A DNA stretch of 64,000 nucleotides from Pyrodictium sp. (GTDB lineage Archaea; Thermoproteota; Thermoprotei_A; Sulfolobales; Pyrodictiaceae), in assembly GCA_013540595.1 (NCBI GenBank), contig JABXKE010000002.1:60050-124049 (forward strand), read 5' to 3'. Made by a program: the position numbers and the translations under genes. This document shows positions 47,001 to 55,918 of this stretch, piece by piece. Every line of letters starts with the position of its first letter. The stretch's first letter is position 1. The notes under the pieces were generated by a model that was not told the origin of the DNA, did no database searches, and saw only the letters and a program-made list of their open reading frames with translations.

Positions 47001-47600
47001 GTGATGGGACAGTCTAATGTTATAGCGACAGTGATCATGGTTGGTATAGCTATAACTGTGGCACTAGGCTTCATAAGTTATGTCATACCACTAGTTGTCA
47101 ACGCTCGTGTCGAGCAGAGTATATCTATGCAAGCCTCGAGAATCGGTAGCGATGTCAGTGTCGGTGTTGCATCAAGCCTCAACAACTCTGTTGGCCGTGT
47201 AGTGGTTTTCGGTGTTAGTAGCAAGACTAGTGATGTTGGCCTCTACCTCGCAGTACTAGGGTTCAAGGACAATTATCCTGTAGAGGCTGCTGACATAGCC
47301 TTGTACACTATGGCTCAAAGTGTTGCTGCAGCCAATACTACTGATGGCTGGAGCCTAGTCTCATGCGTTGTTGTGCCAGGAGAGAATGTGAGAGTCTATG
47401 TTCAGGGAGAATTCTACAAATTGTCATTGTTTAGGATTGAAAGTGTCAAGGTCTGTCCTCTAGGCATAATAAAGCCTGGTAATGAGAGCTTCTACCGCGT
47501 AGAGATAACTAGCCAGTCAACAAACACGACTTACCTTGGAGTAGTCTTGGCAAACATAAATGGTGACTACACTTCTGTGGCATACTTCAATACGGGATAA
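47001..47600 (+). CDS. Archaeal type IV pilin (class III signal peptide, DUF361-like N-terminal domain).
   Basis: MMGQSNVIATVIMVGIAITVALGF is the canonical G|Q-S-x-V-I-A-T-V pre-pilin motif. Confidence 0.65.
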   Translation: MMGQSNVIATVIMVGIAITVALGFISYVIPLVVNARVEQSISMQASRIGSDVSVGVASSLNNSVGRVVVFGVSSKTSDVGLYLAVLGFKDNYPVEAADIALYTMAQSVAAANTTDGWSLVSCVVVPGENVRVYVQGEFYKLSLFRIESVKVCPLGIIKPGNESFYRVEITSQSTNTTYLGVVLANINGDYTSVAYFNTG

Positions 47601-47665
47601 GCCTCTAAGGGTTAAGCACTAGTAGTTCTGTGCTCTTTCAGTGTTAGAGGAGAGGTTCTATTGTC

Positions 47666-48430
47666 TTGAAGATTAGTAGGCGTCGACTCATCGCTCTGGC
47701 TGGCATAACATTGTTAGCTTATACTCTTCCCGGCCTGCGTAGTGGTCGAGAGGTTGTAGTTACAAAGATCCCTGTTGGTCTTGGTCGTCGTGTTCTCTTT
47801 CTCTCTGATGTACACTTGCATCGTAGGGGTGAGAGAGACTATGTTGTCAAGGCTGTTGAAGATGTTAGAGGCGACATAGTTGTTCTCGGAGGCGATTTAT
47901 GGGACTCGAAAACCAAGAATTTTGATGTTGTGGCCGAGTTTGTTGAGGCTCTAAGGAGGCTTGCTGGAGCTGTGATACTTGTGCCTGGGAACCACGAGTA
48001 CTGGGCTGATAAAGATGGTGTTGTTTCGTTGGATGACGCTATTAAGAGGCTCGAGTATCGTGGCGTCATAGTGTTGAGGGATGAAGCTATAGAAGCTAGA
48101 GGGCTACGTATAGGCGGGTTTGACTGGCACGACAACCCTCGCGATTACGGTGCTGCTGCTAAGCGTGTTGGAGCCATAGAGCTTGCTGTGTCACATTCAC
48201 CTGACGTGTTTCCACACCTCACAAGCAGTCAGCGTTTCCTTGCTGCAGGACATACTCATGGCGGCCAGGTGTGTCTCCCCGGAGGCTATGGCGTCGTGAC
48301 CAACAGCGTATACGGCTACAAGTGGGGCTTCTACCGTGAAAAAGACAAAGAAATGTACGTCTCGAGGGGTCTTGGCGAGAAGTATCCTCCACGAATCTAC
48401 TGTGCACGCGAGGTAGTCGTGATGGAGTAG
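47666..48430 (+). CDS. Tat-signal calcineurin-like metallophosphoesterase.
   Basis: Twin-arginine signal SRRRLIALAGITLLA. MPP motifs LFLSDVHLH, GGDLWD, GNHEYW, GHTHGG. Confidence 0.8.
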   Translation: MKISRRRLIALAGITLLAYTLPGLRSGREVVVTKIPVGLGRRVLFLSDVHLHRRGERDYVVKAVEDVRGDIVVLGGDLWDSKTKNFDVVAEFVEALRRLAGAVILVPGNHEYWADKDGVVSLDDAIKRLEYRGVIVLRDEAIEARGLRIGGFDWHDNPRDYGAAAKRVGAIELAVSHSPDVFPHLTSSQRFLAAGHTHGGQVCLPGGYGVVTNSVYGYKWGFYREKDKEMYVSRGLGEKYPPRIYCAREVVVME

Positions 48431-49044
48431 TGCTCGTTGAGTGTGACTTCTATGATGCACTTGACCGCCTCAACAATCTCTCTTAGCGGCATAGAGTATT
48501 CAGTTTTATGTCTTAATGCTAGCTCCGTACTTGGTGGCACATGTATAAAGCCGCCTGGTACACCATGTTTGCTCGCATAGTCTAACAATAGATACCCCGC
48601 CACACCACACAAGTAGGTACCTATGCTGACGCCAGGCCTAACATTAAGTCTCCGCTTAATTCTACACTCCCTAATAATACTCTCTACTGGGAGCCTCGTA
48701 GGGAGAACCCTGACACGCGTAGCCCTATCAACATAGTCGTACTCTATGCGCACACCATCAATGTCCTTACTAGCAAAGCTGGCAACATTAGATGCTGCAA
48801 GCTCAACAATAACACTACGGGCACGAGGGGCAAGCCCTAGGCCTATCACCATAGCCGGCTTCTCCCTCTCAAGCAAGCGTGGGAGGGTGTTCTTGACATA
48901 GTTGTAGGATACCGGTATAATCCTAGAGACTACTTGGAAGCCATTAATAGAGGATCCACCAAGTATCCGTGCCGTCTCCTCAGCAGGATTGAGCTGGAAC
49001 AAACCAAAGACACTATAGGCTAAAAGGAGGACGCTAGGCAACAC
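48397..49044 (-). CDS. pcp: Pyrrolidone-carboxylate peptidase (pyroglutamyl-peptidase I, peptidase C15).
   Basis: GTYLCGVAGYLLLDYASKHGVPGGFIHVP matches the Pcp catalytic Cys and His/GFIHVP region. Length ~215 aa. Confidence 0.65.
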   Translation of the reverse strand: MLPSVLLLAYSVFGLFQLNPAEETARILGGSSINGFQVVSRIIPVSYNYVKNTLPRLLEREKPAMVIGLGLAPRARSVIVELAASNVASFASKDIDGVRIEYDYVDRATRVRVLPTRLPVESIIRECRIKRRLNVRPGVSIGTYLCGVAGYLLLDYASKHGVPGGFIHVPPSTELALRHKTEYSMPLREIVEAVKCIIEVTLNEHYSITTTSRAQ

Positions 49045-49118
49045 CCTTACACCCTAAAATAAAAGAGAGCAGTACAATAAGCAATAACTATTTACTCACG
49101 TGTACGGAGACTGAGCTG

Positions 49119-49310
49119 TTACCCCCTCTCTAGCCATACTGAGAGTAGGCGTTGATAGGCTATAATGTATAGGAGGACAAACATGGCACCGTAAAGTATT
49201 AGTAGCCAGTCAGGGGCCTCCTTGTAGGCTACTACAAACATGAACAATATGGGGAGTAGTATGAATACCCAGTCAATTGGCCTCATCCTCCTTGCGGGCA
49301 AAGAAGTCAT
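49119..49310 (-). CDS. Small two-TM membrane protein (63 aa).
   Basis: ORF only, with hydrophobic helices. Confidence 0.25.
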   Translation of the reverse strand: MTSLPARRMRPIDWVFILLPILFMFVVAYKEAPDWLLILYGAMFVLLYIIAYQRLLSVWLERG

Positions 49311-49382
49311 GGCACTTATATCCCTTCCTACACGCTCTAAGCCCTGAGCATGTACCTTAGATACGAGCTACTAGAGGAGGCT

Positions 49383-51008
49383 CTAGCTTTGGGTTGTTAT
49401 GCTTATTGTAAGCGTGTTGTATGAGTGCATAAGCGTTTTGAATGGCACCCCGTTATCTACTAGGCTATGCCACTTGTATACTAGTTCTGTGGTTGGAGTA
49501 TACGCGTACTCGTCAGTGTCTACTCCTTGTCTACGCGCGGCTATTCTTAGTTGTCCCAGTCTCCCACCAAGCTTAGCCCATTCTATAAGCACTCTTGCTA
49601 ATCTCTCGTCTCCCCGAGCTATAACTGCTTGTGCGTAAGCATAGCGGTAGCTTAGAGCGTCTACGCTGAGTACCCTGCTTGAGGCAGTACGCAGCATCCC
49701 TATCCTCCTCATGTAGTCCTTCTCGCTTATCAGCTTGTGGAACTGTAGGGGTGTAAAGGGCTTAGGTATTAGAGGGTTCACAGATACACGCAAAGCTTCT
49801 CTCATAGGTGGCGCTCGCTTTGAGAGTTCGCGCAGGATACTTGCATACATCTCAACGTCCCTATCGCTCTCCCCTGGCAAGCCAAGCATAAGGTAGAGCT
49901 TTACCTTGAGGCCCCGCCTCCAAGCCTCCACACTAACCCTCTGGGTTTTCTCTAGTGGTATACACTTCCCGAGAGCCTTACAGAGTCTTGGGGAGAACGT
50001 TTCTGGGGCTATGGCTACATGCCTCTGCCCAGCACGGGCTATGAGTGCAAGCCTCTCCTCGTCTAGCTGGTCTGCACGAAGACTACCAATAGTTGCTTCA
50101 GCTCCAAAAGACTCTATCACTTCTTCAAGTAACTCATCTGCATTGGGATGGTCAAAGAAGCTTAGTGCGTAGAATGCAACTTTTCTAACCCTGTTAGCCC
50201 CTAAGCCTCTCTCTATGAGTTCTAGGATCCTCTTCTTGCTTCTATGCCTTAAAGGCATGAGGAAGTGCGCCTCCATACAGAATCTACACATGTGTGGACA
50301 ACCTCGGGAGGCTTCAACCATGTATGCTTCGCCCCATGGCTCGCCACTACCAGGAACGCGGAACTGCATAGTGGTATGATAGGCTTTGTCGAGATTTCTA
50401 ATCCATACACGCTTCACTCGCCGACCACAACTCACACTACTCGCTGGCAGGAAGCCAGGCAAGCATGCAAGCACGTCAAAGGCATCCCAGGCACCCCTAG
50501 TATAAGCTTCCTCTACTAGGCGTGGAACAAGGGGTTCAGCTTCGCCAATAAGTACAAGATCACTAATCTCTCTTGCCACTACAGGATTACTACTGGGAAC
50601 GGGGCCCCCAACAACTATGAGGGGTTGATGCTTTCTTCTACGCTCACTACTTGAAGCGTCTATTCCTGCTGATAATAGGAGGCGGAGTAGAGTGACATAG
50701 TCTAGCTCATAGCTTATAGGAGCTATAACTAGGTCAAAGTCTTTGAGAGGACGGCTAGTCTCGATACTCCTAGGAGGAGGTTCGCGGCCAGCCATGCTGC
50801 TCGCTACTACACGCTCGGCATAAACGTAGTCAAGGCTGTTAAGCATATAGTAAAGGTTTTGATAGGCTAGACTAGCAACAGCGGCACTATATACTGCAGG
50901 GTACAAGAGTGCTACACGGAGACAGTCCCGACATCGCTTAATGACTACACCGTGCTCCCTTAATCCCACCTGGTTACACCCACTCCAATCCCGTACATGG
51001 CTAGACAC
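49383..51008 (-). CDS. Radical SAM superfamily enzyme with an N-terminal B12-binding-like domain (Fe-S oxidoreductase).
   Basis: CxxxCxxC cluster motif ASRGCPHMCRFCME. The preceding Rossmann-like domain reads VALLYPAVYS...PLIVVGGP. Length 541 aa. Confidence 0.75.
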   Translation of the reverse strand: MSSHVRDWSGCNQVGLREHGVVIKRCRDCLRVALLYPAVYSAAVASLAYQNLYYMLNSLDYVYAERVVASSMAGREPPPRSIETSRPLKDFDLVIAPISYELDYVTLLRLLLSAGIDASSSERRRKHQPLIVVGGPVPSSNPVVAREISDLVLIGEAEPLVPRLVEEAYTRGAWDAFDVLACLPGFLPASSVSCGRRVKRVWIRNLDKAYHTTMQFRVPGSGEPWGEAYMVEASRGCPHMCRFCMEAHFLMPLRHRSKKRILELIERGLGANRVRKVAFYALSFFDHPNADELLEEVIESFGAEATIGSLRADQLDEERLALIARAGQRHVAIAPETFSPRLCKALGKCIPLEKTQRVSVEAWRRGLKVKLYLMLGLPGESDRDVEMYASILRELSKRAPPMREALRVSVNPLIPKPFTPLQFHKLISEKDYMRRIGMLRTASSRVLSVDALSYRYAYAQAVIARGDERLARVLIEWAKLGGRLGQLRIAARRQGVDTDEYAYTPTTELVYKWHSLVDNGVPFKTLMHSYNTLTISITTQS

Positions 51009-51175
51009 TACACAACCACTAGAAGCACCCAGCTATAAAACCCTAGCAGTAGAGACCGCATCTTTCATGTCTCGGTAAGAGGAGAGAGCGTAGGCGTTTA
51101 ACACTCTTCAAACCCTCTCTTTTTGCAGGAGAGCGTATTAACCTTTAGAGCCCCTACATACTATGGAGTTGTGAT

Positions 51176-51601
51176 ATGCTACACCACGAATACACTACTG
51201 AGGCTAGGGAGGATTTTAACTCCCTTGCACAATGTCTAAGTGACCCAGTTAAATTCATGGAAAGAAGCCGCTACGTCTACCTAGCCGAGAGGCTTGACAG
51301 CGACAAGCTAAGAGTAGTGTTCAAGTGGAGAAAACTAGGCATGACGAGGTACTATGAGGTGGTGCTAACAGTTAAGCCTAAGCTTGGGCCTAATAGGGTA
51401 GGGTTTCTTCTTGAGCCAACGCCAGAGTCCAAGTACGATTTCTTCCTTAGTGTTGAGATAGAGAAACTAGAGAACCGTGTGTTGTTAAAGGTTAGGTCAT
51501 GGATGTATGCTGGGCTCATGGCTGATATACTTGGCAGAAAAGACTACAGAGAATTTGTTGAGGAACTGGTGGAGAAGGGCGTCTTTTGTAGCAAGAAGTA
51601 A
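51176..51601 (+). CDS. Hypothetical protein (141 aa).
   Basis: ORF only. Confidence 0.3.
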   Translation: MLHHEYTTEAREDFNSLAQCLSDPVKFMERSRYVYLAERLDSDKLRVVFKWRKLGMTRYYEVVLTVKPKLGPNRVGFLLEPTPESKYDFFLSVEIEKLENRVLLKVRSWMYAGLMADILGRKDYREFVEELVEKGVFCSKK

Positions 51602-51688
51602 GCCATGAACCATACTGCGTCAAGCCAGGAGTAGAAATAATGCCAGATAGTAGCTGGGGATTTTATAATTTAAAGTATTACTGAAGAC

Positions 51689-52204
51689 TCACCCACAGCA
51701 ACCCATGTGGCCGTGCATAGGCCCCATGGGGCCGTGTCTGTGACCACACCTACCCCAGTCTACACGATGAAATGTCTTACCTGCCACGTCTATCCTTACA
51801 GGCACAAGAACGGTGCCGTGAGGCGTCTTGTAGGCTTCCCCAACCACAACTACTGGTTTACCGTTGGCTATGCCTGCTAACCGTGTACCGGATATACCTT
51901 CTCCTAGCCTTGAAGACCAGCAGCCGTGGAGCACCACAGCTATAGTGTCGCCTCCTGGCGTCTCTACGTATCCCATAAGCCCGTGTGCGACGTAGAGGAC
52001 GCCAGCTACCTTGTAGCTTCCTCCTCTTAAGGCGCGGCAACCCCAGATGCCTACTACGAACCCTGGCTTTTCCGCGTAGTCTGGGTAGTAGGCTTTAATG
52101 TATACATCCGCTGTTTCAGGATACGTAGAGTACACTATGGCTGGCGGTATAATGGCTAGCAGTAGGGCAGCAGCAATAATAGTTATGAGTCGTAGAGATG
52201 CCAT
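51689..52204 (-). CDS. Secreted hypothetical protein with a C-terminal His/Met/Cys-rich putative metal-binding tail.
   Basis: N-terminal signal LRLITIIAAALLLAIIPPAIV. C-terminus GHRHGPMGPMHGHMGCCG. Confidence 0.4.
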   Translation of the reverse strand: MASLRLITIIAAALLLAIIPPAIVYSTYPETADVYIKAYYPDYAEKPGFVVGIWGCRALRGGSYKVAGVLYVAHGLMGYVETPGGDTIAVVLHGCWSSRLGEGISGTRLAGIANGKPVVVVGEAYKTPHGTVLVPVRIDVAGKTFHRVDWGRCGHRHGPMGPMHGHMGCCG

Positions 52205-52315
52205 TGTCTAGATCCTCCATCCCAAGCCAAGAGAAAAGAACGAGGATAGTTATATGCGTTAACCTAAAAAAGACTATGTGCCTTGATTCGCCCGATATCC
52301 CTCATGTTACTCTAT

Positions 52316-52969
52316 TCACTGTTGAGCAGTTGTTGTGTACCAGTAGTACCAGGGCAACATGTACTCTGTGCCGTCAACTGATACCGCTACAGCTACTGGG
52401 CCTACAACTGTTACCACCACATCTCTGCCTTCAAGCTTCTCCATTACTAGTGGTGCATAGAAGATGCTGCCACTGCTTGTGTCAACATACATTCTTGGTA
52501 TTCTTACAGTTATGTTGTTTACGCCATCATTTATTATTGCTATGTTGAATTCTACGTCTACTATCTTGCCAGTAATAGTTGTTGGCTCAATATTTGCTAG
52601 TGCTCTCATGACTGGTGTACCATCGTACATTATGCAGTGCCCCCAGCCCCAAGGCCTTGGAGGCATTGCTACTGGCACATCGTCGTGGTCAGCGTCCATG
52701 TACCATGGCCCGCCCATGTGTCCCATTGGTGCGTATGGTGTACTCCATGGTGTCTGCCTGGTGTAGTTATAGTTTGCTACTGGGCTTGTATTCCAGGCTG
52801 TCCATCTGCCTCCATGTGCTAGTGCTACTACTGCTATTGCTACTATGCCTAGTACTATTGAGGTTATAGCTATTGTTTTGAGTAAGTCTCCTCTCATACA
52901 CGTACACCCCTCGTGTTTCCAGTATGGCTCTTTGCGTCTATATAGGGGAGACTCACGGTGTGAGAGCAA
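52316..52969 (-). CDS. Membrane-anchored hypothetical protein with a His/Met-rich segment.
   Basis: TM helix TIAITSIVLGIVAIAVVALA, followed by PMGHMGGPWYMDADHDD. Confidence 0.35.
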   Translation of the reverse strand: MLSHRESPLYRRKEPYWKHEGCTCMRGDLLKTIAITSIVLGIVAIAVVALAHGGRWTAWNTSPVANYNYTRQTPWSTPYAPMGHMGGPWYMDADHDDVPVAMPPRPWGWGHCIMYDGTPVMRALANIEPTTITGKIVDVEFNIAIINDGVNNITVRIPRMYVDTSSGSIFYAPLVMEKLEGRDVVVTVVGPVAVAVSVDGTEYMLPWYYWYTTTAQQ

Positions 52970-53031
52970 CGCTTTTAAATGGTTTAGTCATGGTGTTGTG
53001 CTAAGAGATAAATGGCTTAGGCTTTACGGGA

Positions 53032-53595
53032 TTGTGTTGGAAGGCTGAGGTTATCGTGCAGCACTATTCTGCTGCTATAGCGGTCATCGAGGTTGTAGGT
53101 GCTTTAGCGTTTGCATACATGGCTGTGCTAGTTATCAAACTCTATTCGAGGCTTAAGACTAGTGAGCTACTAGTATTCACGCTTTCACTCTCCTTACTCG
53201 CCACGAGCCAGGTACTAGCAGCCCTCTCGGTGCTAGCAAGAGATCCGAGGCTTGCAGCAGTATTCTACACTTCAACTTCGTCTCTTGCCTCAGCAGCATT
53301 CATGCTAATGACTGTAAAGCTTGAGGAAAGATCCTATATAATAGCGCCTACTACTATGGTGCTAGCGGACTTCGTTGCTGGCACACTAGCACTACTAGCC
53401 TCTAGAAGGTTTAGGAGCGAGGCTAGGCTATTAACAGTGATTATAGGGTTCTCGTATTATGGCAGAGCACTAAGCACTATAGCATCATCAGCTAGTGTAG
53501 CTGAGATTGTGCTCTTAGCTTCAGAGTTCACTAGAGCTCTTGCAGCCACAATCCTATCTGTCTACTACGCATTAGTGGTGTCCAAGAGTGCCTAA
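53032..53595 (+). CDS. Hypothetical polytopic membrane protein.
   Basis: ORF with about 5 hydrophobic helices. It overlaps the downstream wHTH gene by 8 nt. Confidence 0.35.
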   Translation: MCWKAEVIVQHYSAAIAVIEVVGALAFAYMAVLVIKLYSRLKTSELLVFTLSLSLLATSQVLAALSVLARDPRLAAVFYTSTSSLASAAFMLMTVKLEERSYIIAPTTMVLADFVAGTLALLASRRFRSEARLLTVIIGFSYYGRALSTIASSASVAEIVLLASEFTRALAATILSVYYALVVSKSA

Positions 53596-53863
53596 GAGAA
53601 CTAGGGTAGAGATCCTTATTGATATACTTGAGACACTAGCCCACGATCCAACCAACCCTACTCGTCTTGCAACTCTAGTCAATATGCCTTATGACAGACT
53701 CAAACCGATAATGATGGAGCTAGAAGCTAAGGGCATTGTTAAACGTACCAGAGGCAGCAGATCATCTATTTTCGAATTAACCCCCAAGGGCATGGAGTTG
53801 CTTAGAGAACTAAGGAGGCTAAAGAAGGTTCTACAAGACTTCGGGTTATCGTTAAGAGATTGA
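53588..53863 (+). CDS. Small winged-helix DNA-binding protein (archaeal HTH_45-like regulator).
   Basis: RVEILIDILETLAHDPTNPTRLATLVNMPYDRLKPIMMELEAKGIV fits a winged-helix pattern. Length 91 aa. Confidence 0.5.
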   Translation: MPKRTRVEILIDILETLAHDPTNPTRLATLVNMPYDRLKPIMMELEAKGIVKRTRGSRSSIFELTPKGMELLRELRRLKKVLQDFGLSLRD

Positions 53864-53987
53864 GATAAGAGATTGAAAAGAATACTTCTAAAATAGTAAT
53901 AGTTTCTACTTCATTCTATGTTGTGAATGTTGAAAGGGATTAATACACTCAACTAGTCTCTACCACATAATGGAGGATAATTAACGG

Positions 53988-54554
53988 GTGTTAAAGTTGG
54001 AGACAGTTTATGGTAGTGGATATGGACAGAAGCAAAGTCACTTACTTGCTGGTAATATAGCAAGTCTTCTAGCGGCAATAATTATAGCTTACCTGTTAAT
54101 AACTGTCTACTATAATGGATACCAAATCCTATTTACAGCACCTTATGCCTACTTCATGGCCTTACTTGTTGTAATAGGGGTACTCGCCAGGCATTCATAC
54201 TTGAAGGTGGCTACTAGTGCTTCTGAAGCCCTTAGACGTATTGCGCCATTAGTGATAAGCTTAGCGGCTATAGGCGTGGTTACTGGCTTATTTAATTCAT
54301 TGCTCGGTGGCGCACTAATAGTTGTGTCATACATATTAGAGTTCTTTATTGCACTCCCCCTAGCGAGGGACTTGGCTAGTGTTAGCAGTATTGCTTCAAG
54401 GCTCTTTATTAGTGGAATAATTGTGTTTAGTGCATCACTTCCATTTATAGTGTTTACTAGTATAGCAGCTGTCACAGCACTAATCGGTGATGCGATAAAG
54501 ACTCTCGGATTGGCATTATTAATCATTAAATCGCTTGCAGGATCACACTACTAG
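53988..54554 (+). CDS. Hypothetical polytopic membrane protein.
   Basis: ORF with 5-6 hydrophobic helices. Confidence 0.35.
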   Translation: MLKLETVYGSGYGQKQSHLLAGNIASLLAAIIIAYLLITVYYNGYQILFTAPYAYFMALLVVIGVLARHSYLKVATSASEALRRIAPLVISLAAIGVVTGLFNSLLGGALIVVSYILEFFIALPLARDLASVSSIASRLFISGIIVFSASLPFIVFTSIAAVTALIGDAIKTLGLALLIIKSLAGSHY

Positions 54555-54810
54555 AGAGTTCCTGGCTAGAGCTACTATACTTAGTGGCTACAGCTTGAAG
54601 GGGCGAATGCTCTTTTCCATGTACTACTAAGGGGAGCAGTATATTGTTGCTATAGATGTGGTGGATTCGTTTATCTTAAAGTGTCTTGCTGGGTACGACT
54701 CGTGCGTTGTTTTACCGGCATGCTACTCCTTAGAGTAGCCCCCATCTAGAATAGGTTTATCTACCTCAGAATAACCTGGTTCTACTTGGCTTTGGCAAGC
54801 GGAGGGGATT

Positions 54811-55035
54811 GTGTTGCCTTTCAGGGTAGAAGAGGGCCAGCCTCGGCGCTGTGTTGTTTGTGGAAGGCTTACAACGAGGCCTATAGCGTATAAGACTTGT
54901 TGTATGAATAGGCCCGCCTACTTCTGTAGCATGTCATGTGCACAGAAATGGATACGTGAATGGATGAAGAACCAAGACCAAGCCATGCATAGCGTACAAG
55001 GCTCTGCTCGTCTAAGAGGACTCAGTTTGTTGTGA
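54811..55035 (+). CDS. TRASH/YHS-type metal-binding zinc-ribbon mini-protein (74 aa). It overlaps the thi4 start by 4 nt.
   Basis: CVVCGR-x21-FCSMSC fits the C-x2-C-x19-22-C-x3-C TRASH pattern. GGAGGGG lies 5 nt upstream of a GTG start. Confidence 0.5.
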   Translation: MLPFRVEEGQPRRCVVCGRLTTRPIAYKTCCMNRPAYFCSMSCAQKWIREWMKNQDQAMHSVQGSARLRGLSLL

Positions 55036-55859
55036 TCATTGCCTCGTGTAGGGGTGGTGTATTCGTGCCTGGTGAACTACTACCCCTCGAGTCCAAGATA
55101 ACTAGGTACATATTTGAGTATGCCGCAAGAGACTGGGCTAGTATTAGTAGTACTGATGTTGTTATTGTTGGTGCTGGCCCTGCAGGGATGACTGCTGCAA
55201 AGTACCTTGCTGAGAAGGGGTTTAGGGTTGTAGTGTTTGAGCGCAGGCTAAGCTTTGGTGGTGGTATAGGCGGTGGAGGGATGCTACTACACAAGCTTCT
55301 TGTCCATCGTAGTGCTGAGCAGGTCCTCAAAGACTTCAGGATAAACTATACACCGGTTGAGAGCGATGAAGAACTGTTTGTTGTTGACACGGCAGAGTTC
55401 ATGGCTAAGCTTGCTACTGGAGCGATAGAGGCAGGGGCAAAGATAGTGCTCGGAGTCCATGTTGACGACGTGATTATTAGGACCAACCCTCTCCGCGTGA
55501 CGGGGGTTGCTGTGCAGTGGAGTGCAGTGATAATGGCTGGCCTACACGTCGACCCCTTGTTCGTTTATTCTAGGGCTGTAATAGATGCTACTGGCCACGA
55601 TGCCGAGATCCTCAGTATTGTATCGAGAAAAGTACCAGGCTTCAACATAGTTGTGCCTGGTGAAATGTCAGCTTATGCTGAGGAGGGGGAGAGGCTTGTA
55701 GTAGAGAAGACTGGGCGTGTAGTACCAGGACTTTATGTTGCTGGCATGGCTGTAGGTGCTTATCATCAGACACCAAGGATGGGCCCAATCTTTAGTAGTA
55801 TGTTGCTTTCAGGGAGGAAAGTAGCTGAGATTGTTGCCAAAGACCTAGAGTCGGCCTAA
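55032..55859 (+). CDS. thi4: Thi4-family thiazole synthase (archaeal type, also annotated as ribose-1,5-bisphosphate isomerase-like).
   Basis: [37 protein letters not shown] dinucleotide-binding motif. The 275-aa length and C-terminal blocks are typical of Thi4. Confidence 0.8.
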   Translation: MIIASCRGGVFVPGELLPLESKITRYIFEYAARDWASISSTDVVIVGAGPAGMTAAKYLAEKGFRVVVFERRLSFGGGIGGGGMLLHKLLVHRSAEQVLKDFRINYTPVESDEELFVVDTAEFMAKLATGAIEAGAKIVLGVHVDDVIIRTNPLRVTGVAVQWSAVIMAGLHVDPLFVYSRAVIDATGHDAEILSIVSRKVPGFNIVVPGEMSAYAEEGERLVVEKTGRVVPGLYVAGMAVGAYHQTPRMGPIFSSMLLSGRKVAEIVAKDLESA

Positions 55860-55918
55860 CTAGGAGACAAAGAAGACAAGAGCTTTTCTGTACAAGGGAG
55901 TATCTCTCTGGGCTTCCT

